Shown here one piece after another: positions 1 to 9,896 of a stretch of 41,764 bases of DNA. The stretch is taken from the sequence record SRR22947727_1135, one strand, 5' to 3'. How positions within the stretch are numbered: position 1 is the first letter of the stretch; each line of letters begins with the position of its first letter. Position numbers and translations under genes: made by a program. The notes under the pieces were generated by a model, which worked only from the letters and a program-made list of their open reading frames with translations, made no database searches and was not told where the DNA came from.

Positions 1-30
1 TCCCATAGGACCAACTATAAAAATATTCAT
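1..30 (-). CDS. aroK: Shikimate kinase, N-terminal fragment (runs off the window)
   Basis: Reverse complement of 1-30 reads ATG AAT ATT TTT ATA GTT GGT CCT ATG GGA = MNIFIVGPMG, the typical AroK start leading into the P-loop. It is divergent from PBP1A as in other gammaproteobacteria. Not in the ORF track. Confidence 0.75.
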   Translation of the reverse strand, partial: MNIFIVGPMG

Positions 31-135
31 ATATGATTTATCTTTTGATTATAATTATTTTACCACCGAACTATAAAAAATAGTTTTTTTGATAATAAAA
101 GATGTAATCTAGAGTAACAATATTCTTAAAAACTT

Positions 136-2577
136 ATGTTAAAAATAACTAAATTTCTTTTTTGGATAAGCATTTCAGGTTGTGTGCTAGCAATAATGAT
201 TGTGTTGGGTTCATTTTTAACATTAAGGCCGTCTCTTCCAGAAATTTCACTTGTTGATGAGGCTCAGTTACAAATGCCATTGAAAGTTTATACAGAGGAT
301 GGTGTCTTAATAGGTGAATATGGAGAAATTAAAAGAAGACCAATTAGTTTTGAGGACATACCTCCATATATTAAGAATGCATTTTTAGCTGCTGAAGATG
401 ATCAATTTTTTTATCATCAAGGTATTAGTTATACAGGTTTGATTAGATCATTCATTAGATGTTTGAGTCCCAGTGGGTGCTATGGTGGTGGTGGCACCAT
501 TTCAATGCAGGTAGTTAGGGGCTATCTTCTAACTAAAGATCAAACAATTATAAGAAAGGTTAAAGAAATATTCCTAGCATTAGAGCTCGAAGGAGAGCTA
601 AGTAAAGAAGAGATTTTTGAGCTATACGTTAATAGAAATTTTTTTGGTAATAGATCTTACGGCATTGAAGCTGCTGCAAACACTTATTTTAATAAAAGCA
701 GTTTAGATCTTACTTTATCTGAATCTGCTGCAATTGCAGCAATGGCCCAATCTCCATCAAGAATAAATGCTATCAAGGCGCCTGAAAGAACAAAACAAAG
801 AAGAAATTGGATTCTGTCCAGAATGCTTAAACTTAGAATGATTGATGAAAATGAATTCTATAATGCTATAAATTCATCACTAGCTATTTCAAGAAATATC
901 GATTTATATGATATTGATGGAAGATTTTTAGCTGAACTTGCTAGACAAGATATTATTTCAAGATACGGATTAGCGGCATACAAGAATGGCTGGTCCGTAT
1001 TCACTACAATTAATTCAAAATCTCAAGATAATGCAAATTTAAATGTTATCACTCAACTTGCAGAATACGATAAGAGGCATGGCTGGAAAGAGGCACAAAA
1101 TTTCATAGATTTATTCTCCAACGAACAGCTTCAAAATTTATCTGAATTAAATATTGATTTTCTTTCAAACGAAGCAATGGATTTCAATTTTTTTGATGAT
1201 GAAACAAGCCTCTCAAATAGTATTAATGTGATATTTGAAGATTTCCCTTTTTATAAAACACATTCAAAAGGTATAGTAATTAGTTTTAAAGACAATAATC
1301 TTTTTTTTATAAATGAAGAATTAGAAATAGACTCAATTTCTTGGTCATCTGAATATGAATGGGCAAGAAAAAGAATTTCAATCAATCAAAAAGGACCTAA
1401 ACCAAACTCATTTAAGGATTTTTTAAACGTTGGGGATTTTGTTTATTTTAAAAAAGAGGGAGATTTTTTATTATTAGGTCAAATACCAGAGGCTGAATCA
1501 GCACTTGTTTCTATTAATCCAAGCACTGGAGCAGTTAAAGCCTATATAGGCGGTACAAGTTTTAATAGAAGTAACTTTGATAGGGCTCGCCTTTCTTATC
1601 CTCAATCGGGTTCAAGCTTTAAACCATTTATCTATGCTACCGCTCTTGCAGGACAATATAATGCATCATCATTAATAAATGATGCTCCAATTGCTTTTGA
1701 GGATAAAAATCTTGAAAGTGTTTGGAGGCCGCAAAACTATACTGGAAAATTTTATGGCCCAACCTCTATTAGAGATGCACTGATTCGATCAATTAATATA
1801 GTTTCTATAAAACTACTTAGAGAAATTGGAATAAATAAATCTCATGATTTTATTCAAAATTTTGGATTTGAGAAATCAAGACTGCCATCTGATCTTTCCT
1901 TGGCTCTGGGCTCTGGAAATTTTTCACCTGTTGAAATGGCTCGTGCATTTGGTGTGATTGCAAATGGTGGCTACTTAGTTGATCCATACTATATTTCAAA
2001 AATTGAAGACAGAGAAGGAAATATTATTTATTCGCATAATGATTATATTAATCTTAAAGAAAATACAGAAATTAAAGCCTTCCCTTGGCTAAATACCCTT
2101 GAGATGAATATTAAAAAGCCATATTTTTTAATAGAACCAAAACATCAAACAGAACCAGTTATAGATGAAAGAGTTGCCTTTCTTATTAAGGATATATTAC
2201 AAGAATTTATGCAAAGCGGAACTGCTGGTAGGAAGTCATCTTTTCTAAATAGAAAAGATATTGCAGGTAAGACTGGGACTACCAATGATGCAGTTAGCAC
2301 TTGGTTTTCAGGATTCCATGAAGATTTAGTAACAACTATATGGGTTGGTACGGATGATTTTTCTTCGCTAGGAGAAAATGAGTTTGGATCAACCATAGCT
2401 CTACCTATATGGTTAAATTATATGAGCGGAGAACTAAATAACTTACCAAAAAAAGAAAAAAATATACCAGAAGGTTTATCCTTTGCAAGAGTGAATAAAA
2501 AGACTGGCAAGATTGATAACTCAGAAAATGTTAATACTTATTTTGAGCTCATTCTGGATGAAAACTTAGAGAATTAA
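136..2577 (+). CDS. mrcA: Penicillin-binding protein 1A (bifunctional transglycosylase/transpeptidase)
   Basis: N-terminal TM helix; transglycosylase motifs AEDDQFFYHQG, GGGTISMQ, RKVKE; transpeptidase SSFK, SIN, KTGT. Confidence 0.95.
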   Translation: MLKITKFLFWISISGCVLAIMIVLGSFLTLRPSLPEISLVDEAQLQMPLKVYTEDGVLIGEYGEIKRRPISFEDIPPYIKNAFLAAEDDQFFYHQGISYTGLIRSFIRCLSPSGCYGGGGTISMQVVRGYLLTKDQTIIRKVKEIFLALELEGELSKEEIFELYVNRNFFGNRSYGIEAAANTYFNKSSLDLTLSESAAIAAMAQSPSRINAIKAPERTKQRRNWILSRMLKLRMIDENEFYNAINSSLAISRNIDLYDIDGRFLAELARQDIISRYGLAAYKNGWSVFTTINSKSQDNANLNVITQLAEYDKRHGWKEAQNFIDLFSNEQLQNLSELNIDFLSNEAMDFNFFDDETSLSNSINVIFEDFPFYKTHSKGIVISFKDNNLFFINEELEIDSISWSSEYEWARKRISINQKGPKPNSFKDFLNVGDFVYFKKEGDFLLLGQIPEAESALVSINPSTGAVKAYIGGTSFNRSNFDRARLSYPQSGSSFKPFIYATALAGQYNASSLINDAPIAFEDKNLESVWRPQNYTGKFYGPTSIRDALIRSINIVSIKLLREIGINKSHDFIQNFGFEKSRLPSDLSLALGSGNFSPVEMARAFGVIANGGYLVDPYYISKIEDREGNIIYSHNDYINLKENTEIKAFPWLNTLEMNIKKPYFLIEPKHQTEPVIDERVAFLIKDILQEFMQSGTAGRKSSFLNRKDIAGKTGTTNDAVSTWFSGFHEDLVTTIWVGTDDFSSLGENEFGSTIALPIWLNYMSGELNNLPKKEKNIPEGLSFARVNKKTGKIDNSENVNTYFELILDENLEN

Positions 2578-3143
2578 TTTTTAAATATATTGACGCTAAG
2601 CAAATTCCATATATTTTCAATATAACTGCTTGGTGAATCCTTAAATTTAGATCTGATATATCTTCCAACATTACCTTCAAGACAAGTTACTATCAGTTGA
2701 GCAGAAACCCCTGGAGTAGTTAGTAAATTTTCAGAGTCTTCTGCAAGCATCTGCTTGATTGATAATTCCAATCTTTCAAAAAATTGATTCACTGAATCAG
2801 ATACATTTTGTTCATTTGAAGAAAGAGCTTCTCTTGATATAAGTCTGGCAAAACCCTTATTTTTTTCAATAAAAATCATGAAAAACAAAAAAGTATTTTT
2901 TACTTTTTCTTTAGGTTCTAAGTCAGATTTTTTAAGTTCAGAGCACTTGCTAAAAATAGCACCATCACAAAAAGAAAAAAGTTCTGCATAAATAGCTCTT
3001 TTACTTGGAAAATGTCTATACAAAGCTGCTTCAGTGATTTCTGATTTTTCTGCAAGAAGTGCAGTTGTTACCTTGGATAAATTTCTTCCCTCAAGAAGGC
3101 TAGCTAAAGACTGTAAAATAATATTTTTTCTATCATTTTTCAT
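2574..3143 (-). CDS. slmA: Nucleoid occlusion factor SlmA (TetR family)
   Basis: RKNIILQSLASLLE...VTTALLA...EAALYRHFPSK matches the SlmA N-terminal HTH; ends RYIRSKFK..P like SlmA. Confidence 0.88.
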   Translation of the reverse strand: MKNDRKNIILQSLASLLEGRNLSKVTTALLAEKSEITEAALYRHFPSKRAIYAELFSFCDGAIFSKCSELKKSDLEPKEKVKNTFLFFMIFIEKNKGFARLISREALSSNEQNVSDSVNQFFERLELSIKQMLAEDSENLLTTPGVSAQLIVTCLEGNVGRYIRSKFKDSPSSYIENIWNLLSVNIFKN

Positions 3144-3146
3144 TTG

Positions 3147-4511
3147 TTAATCTAAATTTATATCAATCTCTGGACAAATGCGAGATAGTTCTGAAATAAA
3201 TTCATCCTGAATTCGATTCATTGCTTCAAATGAATCGCCTTCAAATCTCAATACAAGTTTGGGTGTTGTATTGGATGCTCTTAAAAGACCCCAGCCATCA
3301 TCAAAATTAACTCTTAATCCATCTAGGGTTATTTTCTCTCCATTTAATCGTGATTCACTTATAAACTTTTTAACTATCTCAAATTTATTTTCATCTGTTA
3401 CATTAATATTTAACTCTGGTGTTGAGAAAGAGTTAGGAAATCTTGAAAATAAATCTGAGATTGAATCATCTGATTTAACTAAAATTTCAGCAGCTCTTAC
3501 TGCAGAATAGGGACCGTCATCGAAGCCATACCATTTGTCATTAAAAAATATATGACCGCTCATTTCCCCGCCTAGTAGTGCATTATTTTTTTTGATTGCA
3601 TTTTTAATATGAAAGTGACCTGTTGGAGACATAATAGGATCTCCGCCATTTTTAGATATTATATTTTCTAGATGATTAGAGCACTTAACATCAAAGACTA
3701 TCCCGCCTTTTTTTTCTTTTAATATATCTTCAGAAAATAACATCATTTGCTTATCTGGAAATATCATCTCACCTTTGTTAGTAATAAGCCCGACTCTATC
3801 CCCATCTCCATCAAATGCAAAACCAATATCTGCATTTTGTTTTTTAACCTCTGAAATAATATCTTGGAGATTTTCTAGCTTTCCAGGATCAGGATGATGA
3901 TTTGGAAAATTTCCATCTACATCACTATAAAGCTCAATCACTTCACATCCCAGCTTCTTAAATAAGTCTGGAGCGACATGTCCTGCAACTCCATTTCCAC
4001 TATCTAGAACAACTTTTAAATTACTTAAATCCTCTTCAACACTGTCAATAACTTCTTTTATGTATGTATCTTTTATGTCACTGTATGTTATTTGTCCTCG
4101 CATGGAAGTAGTTAATTCTTTCCCATCTTTAATAAGCGTTAAAATTTCATTACCAGAAACTGAACTATTATTGATAACCATCTTTATGCCGTTGTAATTT
4201 TTAGGATTATGGCTTCCAGTAATCATTATTCCGCTTTTTGATTTTTCTTTCTTTGCAGCAAAATACAACATTGGGCTGGTGGCTAGTCCGATGCAATTCA
4301 CGTCTATACCGCAATTTAATATAGCTTCACAGAAGTTGGTAAGCAGAGGTTCCCCAGATAGCCTTCCATCTCTAGCAACAGCAATTGAATCAACCCCTTC
4401 TGATTTACATTTTTTTGCTATGCCAATAGCTATATCCTTCATAACTAACTCGTTTATTTCTTCAGGATAAGTGCCTCTAATATCATTTTCTCTAAATATT
4501 GTTTCTTGCAT
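3147..4511 (-). CDS. algC: Phosphomannomutase/phosphoglucomutase (AlgC type)
   Basis: FRENDIRG, catalytic TGSHNP, metal loop FDGDGDR, sugar loop GEMSGH, LRASNT. Confidence 0.93.
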   Translation of the reverse strand: MQETIFRENDIRGTYPEEINELVMKDIAIGIAKKCKSEGVDSIAVARDGRLSGEPLLTNFCEAILNCGIDVNCIGLATSPMLYFAAKKEKSKSGIMITGSHNPKNYNGIKMVINNSSVSGNEILTLIKDGKELTTSMRGQITYSDIKDTYIKEVIDSVEEDLSNLKVVLDSGNGVAGHVAPDLFKKLGCEVIELYSDVDGNFPNHHPDPGKLENLQDIISEVKKQNADIGFAFDGDGDRVGLITNKGEMIFPDKQMMLFSEDILKEKKGGIVFDVKCSNHLENIISKNGGDPIMSPTGHFHIKNAIKKNNALLGGEMSGHIFFNDKWYGFDDGPYSAVRAAEILVKSDDSISDLFSRFPNSFSTPELNINVTDENKFEIVKKFISESRLNGEKITLDGLRVNFDDGWGLLRASNTTPKLVLRFEGDSFEAMNRIQDEFISELSRICPEIDINLD

Positions 4512-4580
4512 TATTATTCTATCCTTTTGTTATTTTGTTTAGTTTGTCATAATAGCTAATCGTTATTATATCTTGTAAAA

Positions 4581-5504
4581 ATGTTTGCAAACACTGATTT
4601 AAAATATATATGGAAGAATGGTTCTTATGAAAAATGGGAAGATAGTTCTGTTCATATTCTCTCTCATACAGTGCATTATGGAACAGGTGTTTTCGAGGGA
4701 GTCAGAGCATATGAAACCAATGCTGGAGCAGCAATATTTAGGTTAAATGATCACACAGAAAGGTTATTTGATGCTGCTAGCAAGATTGGAATAAAAATTC
4801 CTTATTCCATAGAAGAGCTAAATCAAGTTCAGAAAGATATATTTTTAAAAAATAATCTATTAGAAGGGTATCTTAGACCTATAGTTTTTCTCGGAAGTGA
4901 ATCTCTGGGCCTTAGAGCAAAAAATTTATCTGTCAATGTTGCTGTTGCTGCATGGGAATGGCCATCCTATATGAGTCCAGAGTCGAAGAAAAATGGTATT
5001 GCAATTATAAAGTCATCCTATGAGCAATACAGCAATCCACTTCATTCGGGATATAAAATTATAGGAACTTATATCAATTCCACCATGGCTCTTCATGAGG
5101 CTATTGAAAAAGGCGCAGATGAAGCTTTGCTATTGGATAAAAATGGATTTATTTCAGAAGGCAGTGGTGAAAATATATTTTTAGTTAATGAAAAGACCAT
5201 AAGCACACCTAAAACAGACCATTGTTTGAATGGAATTACAAGACAGTCAGTTATTCAGATAGCTCAAGATTTTGGTTTTGATGTAATTGAAAGAGATATC
5301 TCTTATGATGAATTAATCGCTAGTGATGAGGTGTTTTTTTCCGGCACTGCAGTAGAAATAACACCAATTTCAAAGATTGATGAAACTATAGTTGGCTCTG
5401 GATCAATTGGGCCCGTTACTGAAAAACTTCAAACCGCTTATGCTGATATAGTATCTGGTCGTAACGATCAATACAGAAACTGGTTAAGCATAGTTTCTGA
5501 ATAA
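4581..5504 (+). CDS. ilvE: Branched-chain amino acid aminotransferase
   Basis: HYGTGVFEGVRAY, YLRP, EGSGENIF, LNGITR, GTAVEITP class IV aminotransferase motifs. Confidence 0.94.
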   Translation: MFANTDLKYIWKNGSYEKWEDSSVHILSHTVHYGTGVFEGVRAYETNAGAAIFRLNDHTERLFDAASKIGIKIPYSIEELNQVQKDIFLKNNLLEGYLRPIVFLGSESLGLRAKNLSVNVAVAAWEWPSYMSPESKKNGIAIIKSSYEQYSNPLHSGYKIIGTYINSTMALHEAIEKGADEALLLDKNGFISEGSGENIFLVNEKTISTPKTDHCLNGITRQSVIQIAQDFGFDVIERDISYDELIASDEVFFSGTAVEITPISKIDETIVGSGSIGPVTEKLQTAYADIVSGRNDQYRNWLSIVSE

Positions 5505-5509
5505 ATATT

Positions 5510-6763
5510 TTGCAAAAGCTTAAAATAGCAATTCTAAGTTATAGAAGTGCTCCTTTTGGAGGAGGCCAGGGTATTTATATTCGCGATATCTCAAGAGCAC
5601 TTTCAGTTATGGGACACACAGTTGATGTAATTTCCGGCCCTCCATATCCAAATCTGGTTTGTGAAATCAACCTTATAAAACTACCAGGACTGGACTTATT
5701 TCAGACATTTTCTTTCAAAGAAAGACTGAAAATTTTTTACAACAAAAAAAACAAAAAATTAATAGATTTTTATGAGTTTATCTCTGTTTTTTTTGGTGGC
5801 TTCCCTGAGATGAGAACTTTTGGTTACAGGGCTAATAAATTTTTAAAATTATCTTCTGATTATGATGTCGTCATAGACAATCAATCATTAAGTTATGGAA
5901 TATTAGAAATACAAAAAAGACTTCCATTCATTGAAATTATTCACCACCCTATATCAAAGGACTATAAGTTTGAATTAGAAACAGCTAGCGGTTTTTTATA
6001 TAAATTTTCAAGGCATAGATGGTATTCATTTTTAAAAATGCAAAAGAGAGTTGCAAAAGATATTAATAATATTGTTACACCATCTAAAAACTCCTTAAAG
6101 GACATAAGTGTTGATTTTAATGTTAATCAAAAGAATATTACTGTTATAAATAATGGACTAGATATAAATACATTTATTCCCTATAAAAACATTAAAAGAG
6201 ACCCTTTTAGGCTAATAACTACAGCAAGTGCTGATGTTGCATTAAAAGGCTTAGATTACTCTTTAAAATCTCTAGCTATTCTTTCAAAAACTTTTCCTGA
6301 AATATCTCTTTTAGTTATTGGGCAATTGAAAAAAGATGGTCATACTTCAAGGTTAATTGAAGAGCTTGGTATCGGGGATAGGATTATATTTAAAACAGGG
6401 CTTACTAAAGAAGAAATTGCCAAAGAATATGCATCAAGTTCTGTTGCCATAGTCAGCTCATTATATGAAGGATTTGGCTATCCTGTTATTGAGGCAATGA
6501 GCTGTGAAGTTCCTCTTGTTGCTACTAATACCTCCTCAATACCAGAATTAGTAGGTGATTTTGCAACCTTAATTCCTCCTATGAACGAAAATGACCTGTC
6601 AGAAGCCATCAAAAATATTCTAACCAATTTTAAAAAATATGAAAAAATTGCAGAAAGTGGGAGACACCATATAATTGAGAACTTTAATTGGTTAAAAATA
6701 ACTCAAGAGTATGAAGATATGATCTACAAGACAATTCAGGATTTTAATAATGTTAACCTTTAA
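5510..6763 (+). CDS. GT4 glycosyltransferase, ManT-like (putative alpha-mannosyltransferase)
   Basis: GT4 signature YEGFGYPVIEAM; N-terminus IAILSYRS..GGGQGIYIRDISRAL..GHTVDVISGPPYP resembles the actinobacterial MMP-cluster glycosyltransferase (recalled). TTG start. Confidence 0.85.
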   Translation: MQKLKIAILSYRSAPFGGGQGIYIRDISRALSVMGHTVDVISGPPYPNLVCEINLIKLPGLDLFQTFSFKERLKIFYNKKNKKLIDFYEFISVFFGGFPEMRTFGYRANKFLKLSSDYDVVIDNQSLSYGILEIQKRLPFIEIIHHPISKDYKFELETASGFLYKFSRHRWYSFLKMQKRVAKDINNIVTPSKNSLKDISVDFNVNQKNITVINNGLDINTFIPYKNIKRDPFRLITTASADVALKGLDYSLKSLAILSKTFPEISLLVIGQLKKDGHTSRLIEELGIGDRIIFKTGLTKEEIAKEYASSSVAIVSSLYEGFGYPVIEAMSCEVPLVATNTSSIPELVGDFATLIPPMNENDLSEAIKNILTNFKKYEKIAESGRHHIIENFNWLKITQEYEDMIYKTIQDFNNVNL

Positions 6764-7457
6764 TTTTTCAAAAATTAAATTAGATAATCCCGATGGTGTT
6801 ATGCTTGATTTAGGGTGTGGTGAGGGCAGGCATATATTTGGCGCAATGGAGTCATTTCCCAATATGCAATGTGTTGGTCTAGATCCTCATTTAGAATCAT
6901 TAGACAAATCATTAGAAGGTCTTGAATTTTTTGAGTCAATATCAAATAAAAAGACAACTTTTTTAAGTGGATCAGCATACAAACTACCTTTTCATAATAA
7001 TACCTTTGACCTAGTTATTTGCTCTGAAGTTTTGGAACACCTCCATAATTATAAAGAAGCCATTGATGAAATTAGCAGAGTGCTTAAACCAGGCGGTAAA
7101 TTTTTAGCAAGTGTTCCAGCAGAATTCCCAGAAAAAGTTTGCTGGGCCTTGTCTAAAGAGTATCAAAATCAGCCAGGGGGACATTTAAGAATTTTTAAAA
7201 AGAAAGCATTATTGAAAGATATATCTTCAAGAGGTTTTGTTTATCTTGATTCTGAAAGATTCCATTCAATTCATTCGGCATACTGGTGGCTAAGATGTAT
7301 GTTTTGGAAAAATCAAGATACCAATCTATTAGTTAGTTGGTATAAAAAATTGCTTGAAACTCATATTTTAAAAAAACCAGCCTGGATAGATTTCATTGAT
7401 AGATTATTTAATCCAGTCTTGGGTAAAAGCATTGCCTTTTATTTTGAAAAAAAATGA
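6750..7457 (+). CDS. Class I SAM-dependent methyltransferase (putative sugar 3-O-methyltransferase, MeT3-like)
   Basis: LDLGCGEGRH motif I, LPF..NTFDLVICSEVLEH, RVLKPGG, plus subfamily-specific GGHLRIF, HSAYWWLRC and NPVLGKSIAFYF. Confidence 0.85.
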   Translation: MLTFNFSKIKLDNPDGVMLDLGCGEGRHIFGAMESFPNMQCVGLDPHLESLDKSLEGLEFFESISNKKTTFLSGSAYKLPFHNNTFDLVICSEVLEHLHNYKEAIDEISRVLKPGGKFLASVPAEFPEKVCWALSKEYQNQPGGHLRIFKKKALLKDISSRGFVYLDSERFHSIHSAYWWLRCMFWKNQDTNLLVSWYKKLLETHILKKPAWIDFIDRLFNPVLGKSIAFYFEKK

Positions 7458-8443
7458 ATTGGCTTCATGAAAAAGATAAGTTTGAAGAATCCAAAAACTG
7501 GATCATCAAAAACCAATCATTAGATGGTTATATTTCTTGGGATGAAAAGGGTAAATGCGATCCATGGGATCATTGTGAGTGTTTAATTGCTTTAAGCATA
7601 TACAAAGAGTGGGATGCATTTTGGCTAGGAGTCCAGTGGTTTTTTGATAATATTAATAATGAGGGTCTGATTTATGCAGAATTCCAAAAAGGAAAACCTT
7701 CAAAAAAACACTTTGAAAGCCACCATGCTCCTTATATCATCTTGCCATTGATCCAGGCATCACTTATAGATAAAAAGCAGGACTATCATAAAGTCCTTAA
7801 CCAAACACAGCTTGATAAATTAAACAAAATTTTTGAAGCGCTTAAGAATTTTCAAGATAAGGATGGTTTTTATTATTGGGCAAAAAATGATGATGGATAC
7901 TCTGATAATTCGCTTATTACAGCCACAATGTCCATTTATTTATCAATTACGGCAAAAGAATCATTGGCCCCTAATTTAATAACAAACTTATGGGATAAAA
8001 AATTTGATCGAGATGGTGTTGATAGATCAAGATTTTCAATGGATTTTTACTATCCATATTTGGCGGGCATTAAAAATAATAAATCTGAATTTCTAAAATC
8101 GTTAGAAAGTTTTTACGTTAAAGGACTTGGCATAAAGTGTGTTAAAGAGGAGCCATGGGTTACGGTAGCTGAAAGTTGTGAGTGTGTAATAGCAGCACTG
8201 GTTCATGAAAATATACAAATAGCAGAAGATATATTTAATGATATTCAGCAATTCCAAGATTCAGAAGGAATTTTTCCGACTGGTTATCAGTATGATTTAA
8301 AAATATTTTGGCCAGAAGAGAAATCAACATGGACAAATGCAGCAGTAATTATTGCTGCGCATGCTCTGACTTGCAAAATAAATACTGATTCAGTTGAAAA
8401 AAATGTATTTTTAGAATTATGTAATTTTTTTAAGAGCAACTAA
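7454..8443 (+). CDS. (alpha/alpha)-barrel protein, usually annotated 'prenyltransferase-like'; MmpH-like glycoside hydrolase candidate
   Basis: Motifs DPWDHCECLIAL, RFSMDFYYPYLAG, PWVTVAESCE, WPEEKSTWTNAAVI; ATGA overlap with the upstream methyltransferase. Confidence 0.7.
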   Translation: MNWLHEKDKFEESKNWIIKNQSLDGYISWDEKGKCDPWDHCECLIALSIYKEWDAFWLGVQWFFDNINNEGLIYAEFQKGKPSKKHFESHHAPYIILPLIQASLIDKKQDYHKVLNQTQLDKLNKIFEALKNFQDKDGFYYWAKNDDGYSDNSLITATMSIYLSITAKESLAPNLITNLWDKKFDRDGVDRSRFSMDFYYPYLAGIKNNKSEFLKSLESFYVKGLGIKCVKEEPWVTVAESCECVIAALVHENIQIAEDIFNDIQQFQDSEGIFPTGYQYDLKIFWPEEKSTWTNAAVIIAAHALTCKINTDSVEKNVFLELCNFFKSN

Positions 8444-9031
8444 ACTATTAACTCTTTTTACTAATTTAAAACCTTCTGTCATAGCTTTTTCATATATTTC
8501 TCTTGGTGCCTGACCGCCCTCTAATTCAGAATCATAAATATCATGAATTGAAAGAATTCCACCAGTTCGTATTTTGTTTTTCCATGATTCGTAATCATTT
8601 CTAGCAGATTCAAATGTATGACTCCCATCTATAAATAGAAAATCTAATTCACTGTTAATTTTTTTTGAGGCTGACTTTGAATTATCTACAATTGCCTTTA
8701 TATGGGAATTTAGTTTATATTTTGCAATATTTTTAGTTAATGTTGGAAGTGTATCAACTCTATTATTTTTGTAATCATACTCTTCCGGGTCAAAGTATTC
8801 TTCCCCAAACTGTTGCTCTTCTGAACCCCTGTGATGATCGATGGTCACAAGATAAGTTCCATTTTCTTTGCATGCTTGGCCAATGTAGCAAGCAGATTTG
8901 CCACAATATGATCCAATTTCAACAGCGAAACTTTTTGTACAGTATTGTTTTGCCATTTCATACAAAAGAATCCCCTCTTCATGAGCTAAGAAACCTTTAA
9001 TCGTATCAAATTCTTTTAAAAAATTAGACAT
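8417..9031 (-). CDS. Class I SAM-dependent methyltransferase (Methyltransf_24 type; MeT1-like 1-O-methyltransferase candidate)
   Basis: KGFL..EEG, VEIGSYCGKS, TIDHHRGSEEQQ, FLFIDGSH, IHDIY, GGQAPREIY. ATG at 9031 preferred over TTG at 9049 because it gives only an 8-nt overlap with lpxL. Confidence 0.85.
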   Translation of the reverse strand: MSNFLKEFDTIKGFLAHEEGILLYEMAKQYCTKSFAVEIGSYCGKSACYIGQACKENGTYLVTIDHHRGSEEQQFGEEYFDPEEYDYKNNRVDTLPTLTKNIAKYKLNSHIKAIVDNSKSASKKINSELDFLFIDGSHTFESARNDYESWKNKIRTGGILSIHDIYDSELEGGQAPREIYEKAMTEGFKLVKRVNSLVALKKIT

Positions 9032-9896
9032 AAAAACTTTCTTTTCCAAGAGTTGATTTAAATCTTCTATGCTGCCATAAATATTCTTCTGGATTTAGTT
9101 TTATTTTATTTTCCATATATAGGTTTAAATCTTTTGAAAAGTTAATTTGACTAGATTGATCTAAAAAAATCTGTTCAACTTCAAGAATATATTTATCATT
9201 CTCCATAAAACTATTAACAAAGAAAGTTTTGCATTTAGTGCTTTTAATAATTTTTTGAGGAGCAGAGATTGTTGCGGCAGGATGATTAAAAAAATTAACA
9301 ATATCAGATTGACTTAGTCCGTAATCTTGATCTGTTGCATAAAGAACAGTTTTTCCATTCTTAAGCCATCTTATAAATTTTAAAGGGTTATTTCTATCAC
9401 AAGTATCTTTAACACTTTTTAATCGCCCTTTATTTTGTATTGAATCAAATGAATCAGAGTTATGAACTCTTTCAACACCATATATTTCTGCATTCATGCC
9501 AAGCAGTCTTGCATCAAGCTCAAGGTGAAGGGAGTGTTTAAAAAATAACAATATGCCGTTGTTATTTTTTTGTTCTTCTAAAAGGTTCTCTAGGCCTCTA
9601 ATCTCATAACTAATTAGCTTATTAATTCTTTTATCAGACCAAAACCATGAAATACCTGAATCAAAAATAATTTTTGTTGATGCAATAACATTTAACTTGT
9701 GCAATTTTTTTCTTTCTTCTTGGGAGAGTTTTGGAAAACATAACTCGATATTCTTTTGACTAATTTTGTTTCTTTTAATTGGCATAAGATATATTAAATT
9801 CCCAAAAAAATAGACCAATCCTTTATGCATGGGTCTAGGAAAAAGCAAAAGAAGCTTCCAGAGAATTACAAGAAGTGATAATAAGATTCTATTCAT
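9024..9896 (-). CDS. lpxL: Lipid A biosynthesis acyltransferase (LpxL/HtrB family)
   Basis: KNIELCFP, HxxxxE-type FKHSLHLE, TDQDYG, PEEYLWQHRRFK; divergent from waaA. Confidence 0.88.
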   Translation of the reverse strand: MNRILLSLLVILWKLLLLFPRPMHKGLVYFFGNLIYLMPIKRNKISQKNIELCFPKLSQEERKKLHKLNVIASTKIIFDSGISWFWSDKRINKLISYEIRGLENLLEEQKNNNGILLFFKHSLHLELDARLLGMNAEIYGVERVHNSDSFDSIQNKGRLKSVKDTCDRNNPLKFIRWLKNGKTVLYATDQDYGLSQSDIVNFFNHPAATISAPQKIIKSTKCKTFFVNSFMENDKYILEVEQIFLDQSSQINFSKDLNLYMENKIKLNPEEYLWQHRRFKSTLGKESFYV

